Origin: the human T2T-CHM13v2.0 reference genome, Homo sapiens
Direction: 5' to 3' (one strand)
Assembly (NCBI RefSeq): GCF_009914755.1
Contig: NC_060939.1
DNA: 64,000 bases
Shown: one piece after another, positions 46,200 through 60,770 of the stretch
How the letters are laid out: each line of letters begins with the position of its first letter
Position numbering within the stretch: the first letter of the stretch is position 1
Position numbers and translations under genes: made by a program
The notes under the pieces: model-generated
Database searches by the model: none
What the model was told of the DNA's origin: nothing
What the model saw: the letters and a program-made list of their open reading frames with translations, nothing else

Positions 46200-46440
46200 A
46201 TCATTGTGGAGCAGTATCCAGTTTCCCTTGGTAGTCAGAATCAATCACCCCAGCCAGCACAGTAACTCTTTTTCCTCTTGATCCAGAGGCATGAGGAGTC
46301 CAAAATGCTCAGTTGGCAGTCCTAACTTCCAATTCAGTGGAATCAGTGTTGTGTCTCTTGGCAGAAGCATTCTTTCCTTTGGTACTAAGACCTCTAGGCC
46401 AGGGGGATATGAAGTTGTGGAACAGGAAGCAAACATTTTG
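46200..46440 (-). pseudogene. ERVL dUTPase remnant
   Basis: Track ORF 46245-46436 GLEVLVPKERMLLPRDTTLIPLNWKLGLPTEHFGLLMPL; lies downstream of integrase as in ERV-L. Confidence 0.8.
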
Positions 46441-46449
46441 CTAGTGAGT

Positions 46450-49400
46450 CACTAGGGATGGTAGTGAATGGTGTCACTCCTATTTTCACCCCTTGATTCC
46501 TGGACCTTTGATTCCTGGATCTTTGATGAGTAGAAGTTCATCCTGGCTATGGGAGAAACAGCACCATATATTGGATACTTCAGAGCATATACAGCCTTGT
46601 AAATAACTTTCCCCAGACCTGGAAGGTATTGTCACGTAGATGAAACTGTTGCTGAGTTTTCCAATGCCAATTCCACTATTCTATCAAGCCAGGTGCTTCA
46701 GGATGGTGTGGAACATGGAAAGACCAATGATGTCCAGGGGCATAGGTCTATTATCACACTTTATTTGCTGCAAAGTGAATTCCTTGACCAGACACAATGC
46801 TGTGTGGAATACCATGACAATGGATAAGGCATTCCATAAATCTGAGTAGTAGTCTTGGCAGAAACATTGCGTGCATGATAGGCAAATCTGTATCTAGAAT
46901 ATATATTCTGGTAAGAATAAAATGCTGCTTCTCCCATGAGAGAAACAGTCCGGTATAATCAACCTGCCACCTGGTAGCTGACTGAACACCGCAGGGAATG
47001 ATGCCATGGTGGAGATTCAGAGCTGGTCTCTGCTGTTAGCAGATTGGGTGCTCAGTGGTGTCTGTATCAGGTCATCTTTGATGAGTAGAAGTTCATGTTA
47101 CTGAGGCCAGGCATAACCTCCACCATGGCTACTTTTTTTATGAGTTCACTGGGAAATAACAGAAGTCCCTGGGGAAAGAGGCTAATTGATATCCACAGAG
47201 CAGGTCATCCTATCCATTTAATTATTAAAGTCCACCTCTACTGAGGTCACCCTTTGGTGGCATTGACATAGGATACAAATATCTTCATCTTTTTTTTGCC
47301 CATGCAGAGAGGTCTATCCACATACCTCTTCCTTGTGACCAATTTTCCAATCATGTTTCTTACGTGTCCTTGACTATCCAGCCGAACTACTGGCCACAGC
47401 CCATGACTCAGTATATAGTTACATGTCTAGCCTTTTCCCCTTTCAAGCAAAGTGCATAACCAGGTGTATTGTTCAAATTTCTGCTGACTGGGAGGATTTC
47501 CATTCACCACTGTCCTTTAGGGATGTCCCAGAAAGGGGCTGTAGTGCTGCAGGTGCTCACATTTAGGTGGTGCCTGCATATCACATAAACAAGGCCAGTG
47601 CTTTCTCTTCCTCTGTCAATTGATCATAGGGAACTCCCCATGAGGTCATAGGTGCAGACTGGGAGACAGAAGGCAGTATGGCAGGAGTGGGGACCATGGG
47701 CATTTGGGCCACTTCTTCGTGTAGCTTATTTGTGCCTTCTGGGCCCACATGAACCCAATCTTGTATATAGCACCCTCATTTGATGATGAAGTCCTGCTGT
47801 GTATGCCCAACTTTATGGGTTAGGGGTCATACGCCACCTAGTTCATGATGGGCAGCTCAAATTGTATGGGAATTTGATGGTCCATAATTAGGCATTCAGT
47901 CATTACTGAGGCCCAGTAGCAGGCCAAGAGCTGTTTCTCAAAGGAGTAGTTATTTGCAGAGGATAGCAAGGCTTTGCCCCAAAATCCTAACCATCTATTC
48001 CTGTGATTCATCTCCAGGGGCCTGCCAAATGCTCCAAACAGCATCTCCATCTGCCACTGATACTTCAAGAACCACTGGATCTGCTGGGTCATATGGTCTA
48101 AGTGACAGAGCGGCTTGCACAACAGCCTGAACCTGTTGCAGAGCATTCTCTTATTCTGGGCCCCACTCAAAACAAGCAGCTTTTGGAGTTATTCAGTCAC
48201 TCAGTGAATGGATCAGATTAGCAAACCCAGATGAGGAATATATTGCCTCCAAAATCCAGAGAGGCGCACTAGGCATTGTGCCTTTTTGTTGATATTGTTG
48301 CAGGAGAGGCCAGATTCAACAACTTATCCTTCATTTTAGAACTAATATATTGGAATGCCCCACTCTACCAGATCCCTAGAAATGTCACTGAGGTAGAAGG
48401 CCCCCGAATTTTTTTTTTTTTTTTTTGAGATGGAGTCTCACTCTGTCGCCCAGGCTGGAGTACAGTGGCCTAATCTTGGCTCACTGCAAGCTCCGCCTCC
48501 CGGGTTCAAGCCATTCTCCTGCCTCAGCCTCCTGAGTAACTGGGACTACAGGTGCCCGCCACCACGCACAGCTAATGTTTTGTATTTTTAGTAGAGACGG
48601 GGTTTCACCATGTTAGCCAGGATGGTCTTGATCTCCTGACCTCATGATCTGCCTGCCTCAGCCTCCCAAAGTGCTGGGATTACAGGCGTAAGCCACCGCA
48701 CCTGGCCGGCCCCTGAATTTTTATTGGATTTATTTCTTACCTCCTGGCATGTAAATGTCTTTTCAATAAATCTAGAGTAGTTACACTTCTTGCTCACTAG
48801 GTCCAGTCGGTGTAATGTCATCAAGGTAATGCACCAGTATGATACCTTGTGGAAGGGAAACACAGTCAAGATCCTGTGAACTAAATTATAACACAGGACT
48901 TGAGAGTTGATATAGCCCTGAGGTAGGACAGTGAAGATGTATTGCTGGCTTTGCTAGCTGAAAGCAAACTGCTTCTGGTGGAAAGCATTTGCCAGATAAA
49001 TAGCTGGTACAAGGTACCAGGGGTTGTGTTCATTTGCTCAAGCTGTGAAACTCCATCTTATATAGCAGCTAAAATTAGACTCACCCCCTGATGAAGCTTA
49101 TAATAATCCACCATTATTCTCCAAGATCCATCTGTCTTCTGTGCAGGCCAAATAGGCAAGTTGAATGGGGATATGGTGGGAATCACCATCTCTGCATCTT
49201 CCAGGTCCTTGACGGTGGCACCAATCTGTGCAATCCTTCCAGGGATATAGACACAGTATTGTTTTTGATTAACTATTTTTCTATGTGGAGGAAGCTCTAA
49301 TGGCTTCCAATTGGCCTTTTCCACCATATTAGCCCTCATATCATAGGTCAGGTGAGCAATGTAAGGATTCTGCCTGTGACCGAGTATGTCTACTCCAATT

Positions 49401-49600
49401 ATGCATTCTGGAACTGGAGAAATAGCCCAAGATGGGTTCTGAGGCTCGCTGAATCCACTGTGAAACTCAGCTGAGCTGAAACTCCATTGATCACCTGACT
49501 TCCATAAGTCCCTACTTTGACTGGTGGGCCTCAATGATGTTTTGGGTCTCCTGGCATTGGTGATATCAGCTCAGCACCAGTGTCCAGTAGTCCCCTAGAG
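46450..49600 (-). pseudogene. ERVL pro-pol remnant (PR, RT, RNaseH, IN) with frameshifts and stops
   Basis: LLDTGAEL at about 49567-49590; SPFNLPIWPAQKTDGSWRIMVDY (ORF 49058-49534); LVHYLDDI at about 48812-48838; FEKQLLACYWA (ORF 47838-48170); YTESWAVA at about 47392-47416. Confidence 0.88.
48409..48707 (-). mobile_element. AluY nested in the ERVL RT region
   Basis: Reverse AluY; TSD ggcccc(c/t)gaatttt at 48399 and 48708. Confidence 0.95.
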
Positions 49601-51470
49601 GTCTGATTATTTTCTTTTTCCCAATGCACAGTTACCCTGGTAAAAGGCCATAGGTCTCTTTTGGAAAGTTGGGAGAAAGATTAATAGTATAAATTTGGGG
49701 GAATTGGCTCAAGGAGTTCAAGGGTCGATAAACTGGCTCAAGTCTGGGAATTGATTGAGGGGCCAAGATTCTCTGTTTTTGTGATTCAGCTTAGACTTTT
49801 GGTTACTTGACCTAGAACTTTTATGCTTATACAGATGAAGTAAGAATTTATTTTGCTCCTTGTCTATTTCACTTCTGGGAACGCCATGGTCAACTGTTAA
49901 CCAACACATAAGTCTACTTACAACATAAATCTACTTATGGTATTGGTTAGCAGCTGACCATGGTGTTCCTAGAAGTGAAATAGACTATTCTGATTGCTGC
50001 TGTGACTTTGCTGTTCATCATGATAACCACATCCTCCTTGCCTGTGGCAGCTGAATATATACCTTGTCCCCTGCCACCCTGAGATCCAGTTACTCCATTT
50101 GATGTAGGTTTCCCAATCAGTGACCACAGTTCCCACTGTAAGGTCTGGCCTACAAAGAAGAGTGATCACAGAGCTCTTCAAAGACACTTGGGCTCTCCTC
50201 ATAAATTTACTTCTCACAGTCATGGTGAAAGGTATATGTTTTGGACCGTTTCAGGGTCTGTGAGCAGGCCTTACATGACAAATTTATTCTAACGTTCCAA
50301 TCTCTCTAAGCCTTTGAGTATAGCAAGACAGTTCTGGTATTTCTAGCTCACTCACTCTGGGCCACCTTTTAGTCCTCATTTTAGCCAACCAACCAACCAA
50401 ACTTTAAAGCCCTTTCTAACTCCCTGAGCTGAAATATTAAATGCAGAATCTCTTCTTAGTGGGCCCATATCAATAAATTTGTCCTCATCCAACTTTATGT
50501 TCCTTCAAGCATTATCCCACAACCTTAATGTCTGTTTCCATACATATGCCCCAGATTCCTGTTTGTGTAAATTAGAAAACTCAAGTAGCTCCTTTAAAGT
50601 GTAGCACATCTCATGAGTCATACTCCATACCCTACCTTTAGGATCCTATTGGGGCTTAAGTCTAGTTACAGGTTTAGAAACAAAGAAGTGTCTTGGGGGT
50701 GGACCCTGAGGACAATCTGCCTTGTCTTGCAGGGCAACTGCCTCGAGGCAGCCATTGCAACTTCCTTAAACAAGACAGGGTTAATTTCCTCTCACTGGGG
50801 TGGAGAGGCTTCTCATACTGGGGACAGAAAGACTCCTTCTACTGACAAAGAAGTCTGATCAAAATTTAGGGTCTCAATGTCCTCAGCTTCATCAGGGTCC
50901 CATTTCAACTTTCTACACATCCCATTTCAAATTTAGGATCTAGTTCCTTTCCAATCGATGCCTCATTTAGCAGTGGACACTCTGCAAGGCTTGGAATTCA
51001 ATTTACATTGTAAGTCAGCCTCTTGCAGGATGAGATTCTGGGTTTGGTTTTCAGCAATCTCAGCTCTGAGGCTACAGGAGATAATGGTCTCTTTCAGGGC
51101 AGACATAGAAGCTCTTAGGTCATTAATTCAGCATTTGTGCTGGAAACTAATATCCCTGAGCTTAACTTTTTATTTCCCCACTTCTTTGTCTAGCAACATT
51201 AGCTCCAACCAGCCAATGTCATTACACTTCTAGTGTGACAAAAATGTTGGAAAGTATTATATACACACTCAGATCCTTGCTTCTTATAAGTGTTTGGTTA
51301 GGAGTATTGAAGGATGATATTTTGCCTATCTCTGTTACCAGATCACTCCATGACCTAACAGTGCTCTCTTTACACATGCATACATGTGTAAAGAGATTTA
51401 TTATAAAGAATTGGCTCATGAGATTATAGAGACTGGCAAGTCCAAAATCTGCAGTGTGGGCTGGCAGGCT

Positions 51471-52217
51471 TGAGATAGAGCAGAGGTCCATCTTAGGGGC
51501 CTGCAGGCATAGAAATTAAAGGAAATCTTGAGTTCCTTCAAGGGAAATTTCAGGCACCAACCCAGCCCTGAGAAGTAAATGAGTAACTTGATAAACAAGC
51601 AGGTAATAGTAGCTTAAAACAATAGTCAAGGAAGTTAGAGTCATAGGATATTTGACTACAGATAACATCTTAACGTATGTCCCTAAGTGCTTTTTTGGAA
51701 ATCTGGACCTCCACTAAATGAATCCACTGGCACATAGACCTCTCAGATAAGGGGGAATGGAGGACTAAACTCTGACCACTGTTCTTTGTTCTGAAGTTCT
51801 TCCTGAAGTGCTGGGAGGAAGTCACACAAGTCAGACTTAGCATATCTTTCTACTCCCCTCAAATTTTTAAACAAAGCTTCTCTTCCTTAACCAATTGCAA
51901 ATCAGAAAAATTTTGAAGCTATTACCTAGAAGCCCTCACTTCAAGATATCCCCACTTTGTAGGCCAAACCATTGTATAACCTCCATATATTGCTTTACAA
52001 TTTTGCCTGTAACTTCTGCTTTCCTGAAATTTATCCCCACCTTTAAAAATTCTTGCTTGCAAGCCACTGGATAGGTTGTGTCTTAAGCGTGAGCTGCCCA
52101 ATTCTCCTTGCCTGGTGTCCTATAAATAAATGTTCTTCTTTCTCCTGCTGCAAATCTCAGTGTGGGTGTTTGCCCTTACTGTGCTGAGAGAGTGGACCCC
52201 AGTTCAGTTCTGTAACA
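51471..52217 (+). mobile_element. ERV1 (MER4-group, LTR51-like) solo LTR nested in the MLT2 5' LTR
   Basis: tgagatagagcag...aaatcttgagttccttcaagggaaat...aataaa...cagttctgtaaca; perfect TSD ggct at 51467-51470 and 52218-52221; subfamily name uncertain. Confidence 0.85.
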
Positions 52218-52919
52218 GGCTCAAGATACAGGAGAGCCAGTGGTGCAGTTCCAGTCTGAAGGCCAGCAGGCAAGACTCAGAAGAGCCACTGGTGCGGATG
52301 AAGTCTGATGGCCATCTGCCAGAGAATTTTCTCTTGTTCAGGGAGGCTGATCTTTTTGTTCTATTTAAACTTTCAACTGATTGGATGAGGCCCACTCACA
52401 TTATTGAGGGCAATCTTCTTTACCCAAAATTTACTGATTTAAATGTTAAACTCATCCCAAAATAACCTGCAAGTGGACAAATAAAATTAACCACTACACA
52501 GACTTAACAGTAACAAAATGCTATGATCATATCAATAGATGGAGAAAAAACACTGCTGGATAGAATTCAACATTTATGCATAATTTTTTTAAACCTAGGC
52601 AAACTAAGAATAGTAATGAAGTTCCTCAATCTGATAAAAGGCATATACTAGACAACCTACAGCTAACATCATTCTTAACAGTCAAAGACTGAATACTTTC
52701 TAAGTCTGGGAACTAGGCAAGGATATCTGCCTTCACTACTCCTATTTGATGGCATATTAAAATGCTCGCAAATGCAATAAGGCAAGAAAAAGAAATAATA
52801 GGCATCCAGATTTGAAAGAAAAATGTTACTACCTTTATTAAGAGATGATATGATTGTCTATATAGAAAATTCACTTTAAAAAATTTCTAGAACTAGTGTG
52901 TTGAACAAGGTCATACCAC

Positions 52920-53525
52920 TGTGAGACCAAAGAAAATGACTGAGGTGAGCCTCAATCAATTTAGAGGTTTATTTTGCTGGGAAAAGGAGATGCAAGCCAC
53001 AGTAGGATCTGTGGCCCAAACTTTTTCCAAAGAAGCTTTTGAGGGCTTCAATATTTAAAAGGGAAAATGTGAGCAGCAGGGGAAAGGGGAAAGAAAAAAA
53101 CAGAGGGAGTGTATGGCCACATTCTTGTGAGGCTTTGATTAGTCTCACTGAATCCACATGTTGTGCATGGAAAGGAAGGAGCGTAAAGGGAACAGCCAAT
53201 TATGTATTCATCTTGCACTTGGGAAACCTACACTTAACATAAGATAAACACAGAGTAGAGGTAAAAATCAAATATGTATTCATGTTAGGGTGGGTTGGGG
53301 GATGATTTCTAGTCTCCTATTTTCCTGTACTAGTAAAAATAACCTGTTAATTTACATCGTCAGGATGAGAGAGGCCACCTGTGGAGACATTTGACCTTCT
53401 ATCTGTAGTTATATTTTTAGTAAAAAAAGAAAAGACAGCTTTTATTTGGGTAACTCACTTCCAAACTTAATTTTTCTCTTTGACATAGGGAGTTTTGGGT
53501 CCCAATATTTTATTTTCCTGTCACA
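52920..53525 (-). mobile_element. MER4-group ERV1 solo LTR (MER4C/MER65-like)
   Basis: Reverse complement starts tgtgacaggaaaataaaatattgggacccaaaactc; other end has ctcaatcaatttagaggtttattttgc. Confidence 0.8.
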
Positions 53526-54247
53526 GAACATAATATCAATAAACAAAATCAATTGCATTTCTTTATACTAACACTGGGCAGTTGGAAACTGATATTTTAA
53601 AAGCATTTACAATAGCCTTCAAAATGAAGTACTTAGGTATAAGTAAATTTGTCAAAATATGTGCAGCTTTTACATGCTGAAAAATCCAGAACACCAGTGA
53701 AAGAGATCGAAGAAGTCTAAATAGAGTGACATACCATGTTCACAGAGATTGGAAGGCTTACTTAAGATGTCAATAAATCCCAAAATTGATTTATAGATTT
53801 AGCACATTCCCAGTTAAAATATCAGCAAGATCCTTTGTACATATAGACAACTTATTCTAAAATGTGTATGGATGGGTTAAGGAACTAGAATAGCCAAAAT
53901 CTTTAAAAAGAAGAACAAAGTTCAAGGACTCATATTACCTAATTTTAAAACATACGATAAAACTCCAGTAGTCAATACAGTGTAGTATTGGCAAATGAAT
54001 AGATATGTGCATACGTGAAACAGAACAGAAACTCAAAAAATAGGTTCACAAAAATACGGCCAACTGAATTTTGACAAAGGTGCAAAGGCAGTTAGGTGAA
54101 GAAATAACAAACTTTTCTCTAAATGGTCCTAGAACAACTGAATACCATATGTAAAAAATAAATAAATAAGCCTTAACCTACACCCCACAGAATATTTAAA
54201 AATTTACTCAAATAGCATCGTAGACCTACATGTAAAACATAAAACTA

Positions 54248-54539
54248 GCCTGTTAGGAACTGGGCTGCACAGCAGGAGGTGAGTGGCAGGCCAGCAAGCA
54301 TTACCATCTGAGCTCTGCTCCTGTCAGATCAGCGGTGGCATTAGATTCTCACGGGAGCTTGGAACCCATTGTGAACTGCACATGCAAGGGATCTAGGTTG
54401 CATGCTCCTTATAAGAATCTAATGCCTGATGATCTGAGGTGGAACAGTGTCATCCTGAAACCATCTCCTCTGTCAGTCCATGGAAACAATTATCTTTGAC
54501 AAAACTGGTCCCTGGTGCCAAAAATGTTGGGGACTGCTG
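54248..54539 (+). mobile_element. MER1B hAT-Charlie DNA transposon, one end truncated
   Basis: cctgttaggaactgggctgcacagcaggaggtgag...ggcattagattctca...ggtccctggtgccaaaaatgttggggactgctg. Confidence 0.9.
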
Positions 54540-55047
54540 AGACAAAGGATTGTATCCAGAATGTACTCTACTCAATTAAAAAAAAAAAAAACTTTTAAGG
54601 AGCAAAACATTTTAACAGACACTTCACCAAAAGATATATGGATAGCAAATAAACTCATGAACAGATACTCAGTACCATTAGCTATTAAGGAAGTGCATAT
54701 TAAAGCTACAATGACACACCATTACATGCCTATTAAAATGGCAAAATTTTAAAAAAAGAACTCAATACCAAGTGTTGGTGAGGATGAGGAGCAACTGGAG
54801 CTCTCATGCATACATTTGTTGATGGGAATACAAAATGATACAATCACTCTGGAAAATAGTTGAGCAGTTGTTGTAAAGTTAACCATAAACTTACAATATG
54901 ACCCAGCAATCACACTCTTAGGTATTTACTATAGAGAAATGAAAACTTACATTCACACAATAATTAGTTCATGAATGTTTATACCAACATTATTTATAAT
55001 TGCCAGAAAAGTGGAAATGATCCCAATATGTCTCAGTGGGTAAATAG

Positions 55048-55415
<368 letters not shown>

Positions 55416-57949
55416 AGAACAAACTCTTGATACACACAATGACTTGGATGAATTGCAAAGGCATTGTGGTTAGAAGTCATGCTTAAAGTTACCTGTTACA
55501 TGATTCCATTTATATGACATTCTGGAAAAGGAAAACTTAGTGATGGAGAACACATTAAGTGATTGTCAGGGGTTAAGTGTGGAAGGAGGGATTGACTTCA
55601 AAGGGAAAACCCAAAGGACACATCCTTTGGGATACTGGACTTGTTTTGAATCCTATATGTGGTGGTGGTTACAAGAATCTATGCGTATGTAAAAACTCAC
55701 AGAATTGTTCATGAGAAAAGTTAATTATACGTAAATTAAAATATTAAGACATATAGATATTTATCTATCCAAATATGTTTCAAATCTTTAAAATAAATTC
55801 GGTATTTTAAAACTATTGTCAATGGGCTATACATTTTTTTAAATGAGGAAAAAAGAAAAAAGCCATTTTAGAATGGTTAATCACACACACAATTTATTGA
55901 TGAATAGAGTCTGTAAGATTTACAAAACTGTTTGTGGGCATTTGAGGCCTAAAATTATAGTTGTCACATTTCTCCAGTACAATTAGATGTGGAACAGCAT
56001 TTTACATTGTTTAAAAAGAGGGAATGGAGAAGAAATGTCAAAGCTTTTCTGTCTGGCTTAAATGATAGGTCACGCAACACAGAAATCTCTTTGGTTTTGG
56101 AAACTGGTATCTGGGCCCAGATTGTCCAATTATCTGGGCCATCAGCCTCAGGTCTGGGCTGTCCACAATGATGCTTTCTGGGCCCAAGGCCAAAGTGTCT
56201 AGGCCAGTAAAAGCTTCACTGACGTCAGGAGGCCGAAATTGGAGAGGAAGAGAGGAGGGAGGGATCCTCCCAGCATTTGAGTCTGCCTTGAAGGAAGTAT
56301 TTGACCCATACAGTTCAGGATAAGAAGGTTTGCCTTTCCATATGAGTTCACTGTGATACAGCATTTGGGAGCTCAAAAAACCCAGTGTGAACCTAGGAAA
56401 AGCTCAGAATGATGGAGCTGGAAGGCTTCTGTCCTGTCTTATTTCCAACAGTATATTTCCTATTCAACAGAGCCCACCATGAAATCTGTCCCAAATCATG
56501 GAACCCCGAGGTGAAAGGCCCCCAGGCATGCCAACACATGGCAGACAAATCCAGTTGTGTCCAGGGATGGCGTTCCCTCCAGTTTTCTGAAAGACGCTCC
56601 CATATTCCTTAAGCACAGGTAAGAATCTTCTCTTCATAAAGCCTTCATCACCCAGCTGGAGGTGGCTTGCCAATGTTTTCCTTTGTCGTGGTTTATTGGG
56701 TGATTTATAATTTGAACACAGTGCCAGCTTCTAGCAGCAGCCGACATGGACTGATATGAAGGTGCTAGAAACCACCCACACTCTGGTATATCTCCTTCAC
56801 CAGCTTCCAAAGGTGCTCCAGATGCCTATAATATTTACCCTTTGGACCAAAGTATTAAAATGCAAATGTTAGTCAGAATTGAGTAACCCATTAAGCCAGC
56901 ACGGTTCAAGTGATTGGCTGTTCTAACCTGGAGGAGCATCCTGGGGAGATGGGACTGAGAAGTTTTGACATCAGAAAATACAGCAGTTGGGTTTTAGAGG
57001 TCCTAGTGAGAAGGCTGCCTCAGTCCTAGATGCCTGAGGGAAGTGGAGGCAGCCAGGGACAGGGGAGAGCACAAACGACACCTCACCATTCTTACTATTC
57101 CTTTCACAAAGACAGCCCTCCTCTCCTGAAGCATCTGAGAGGTGCCTGTTGGTGAGCCTTTTCTTGAGTAACTACACAGAGTAAGCTAAGAAAACCAGTA
57201 CCATGCCTGCTTCCTGCAGCTGACACATCAGCACAGACCACACTGCGCCAGACTGAAATATTAGAAACAGATAGGCAATTAATAAACTGGGAATTTACAT
57301 TTTTACAGTAATGAAAAGCAAATGGGTCAAGGTATTTGGTGGAAGAATATGTATGTGAGGAAGGAATTGTGGTAGAACTCAACACCCCTTATCTAAATAT
57401 TTAGGAGGAATTTCTTAGTGGGTAGGTATCTCAGAAATCATTTTAAGAACATGGAAGCATAGTGCTTTTACTAAAGCCGCTGGGAGTGGACATGGCTTTG
57501 GGAAAAGGGTAGAACAGGAACAGAATGGGAAAAGATAAAAGCTTGAATATAGGTGCCAGGTGGATTCGGGCAAGATGGGGGTGATGAAGGACAAAAGGAT
57601 ACAGTTTAGCATTGAACAGACTTGTCCCATTGATGTCCACTTGGTTTGGGGTACGCATTTTGGATCACCAGTTCCTCAAAGGGAATGTCCTTTTACTGGG
57701 CCTCCCTCTAGCAGGCACAGCTGTGCTTGAGCCTCAGGCATTCTGGGCTAAGTGGACAAACGCTGCACCAGAGAATGGGAAAACTGCTGGTTCAAGTCCA
57801 GCCACACCCAAAATTCACACGCCTAGTCAGCTCATCAACAGCATCCTTCCACCATCCCCCCACCTAACCCAGGGAACCTGGCCTGGCCTCCCTTCTCTCC
57901 TCAGGCACATGGCTTCTCTTTCCTTTCCAGGTTATCTTTGGTGGCTTTT

Positions 57950-58305
57950 AAAAAAACAATTTTATTATAAAAATTTTCAAATATACACAAGAGCAGAGAG
58001 ACCAAATGGACCCACATGTACCAATTGCCAACTTCAACAAGTATTAAATCATTTATAATTTTATTTCAATAACACCCTGACGTCCTCCCCACCCACACAC
58101 ACACACTCACACACACATTGGCTTATTTCAAAGCAGATTCCAGACATCATACCATTTTGTCTGCAAATACTGAAATATATATATATATATATATATCTCC
58201 AAAAAATTAGAATTGTTTTTTAAAAATCATATGCACAATATCATTACCACATGTAATTTTCAAACAAAAAGCCCTTAAAATCATCAATACTCAAGGTTTC
58301 TCCTG
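57950..58305 (-). mobile_element. L1MC-type 3' end with (CA)n and (TA)n microsatellites
   Basis: ttttattataaaaattttcaaatatacacaa...tatttcaaagcagattccagacatcat. Confidence 0.7.
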
Positions 58306-58789
58306 AATGTGAGCACTGTGGGGTGAGAGTTAGGGGTCAGGGCTCAGGCTCAGAGTTTTAGGATGAGGCCATCCTAGAAATCTACAATCTTGCTGGAACT
58401 CACTGTTCCAACCTACAAGCCCCCTTACTTTGTCCCTTCTCCTTCCTTAAAGCCTTCCAGTTCTGCTTTAAGTCTGAAATATAGAAAAAATTTGGATGTG
58501 CTTGGCAGATGCCCCTGGTCCCTTACTCATTAGCTTGGTTTCAGGCAAGTTTTGGTTTAAGACTCAGAGTGATAGTTTTATCATCAGTCAAATGTGGTAA
58601 TAGCATGAATTTGTGGGGGCAGCAGTAACCACATTAATCATATTTGTTAAACACTCACTTCACAGTGGGAGCTCAGAATTGCTTCTCTGACATTGATTCT
58701 GAACTTGGTGACATCTCTGATTTGTGAACTTAACATCCAACTTCAGCTTGTCCCCTGCCCACCCAGGCCATGGGCATCTTACTGCCTCT

Positions 58790-60770
<1,981 letters not shown>

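Larger units (their letters stand above)
43618..52498 (-). mobile_element. Near-complete defective ERVL provirus with MLT2 (C/D-like) LTRs
   Basis: 3' LTR 43618-44049; internal 44050-51370; 5' LTR about 51375-52498 with U5/PBS region deleted; degenerate 5-bp TSD taggc/cagac. Confidence 0.9.

Noticed and set aside
46200-51370. Possible domesticated ERVL gag/pol gene
   Set aside because: It is fragmented into short ORFs by stops and frameshifts and interrupted by an AluY; no long intact frame remains.
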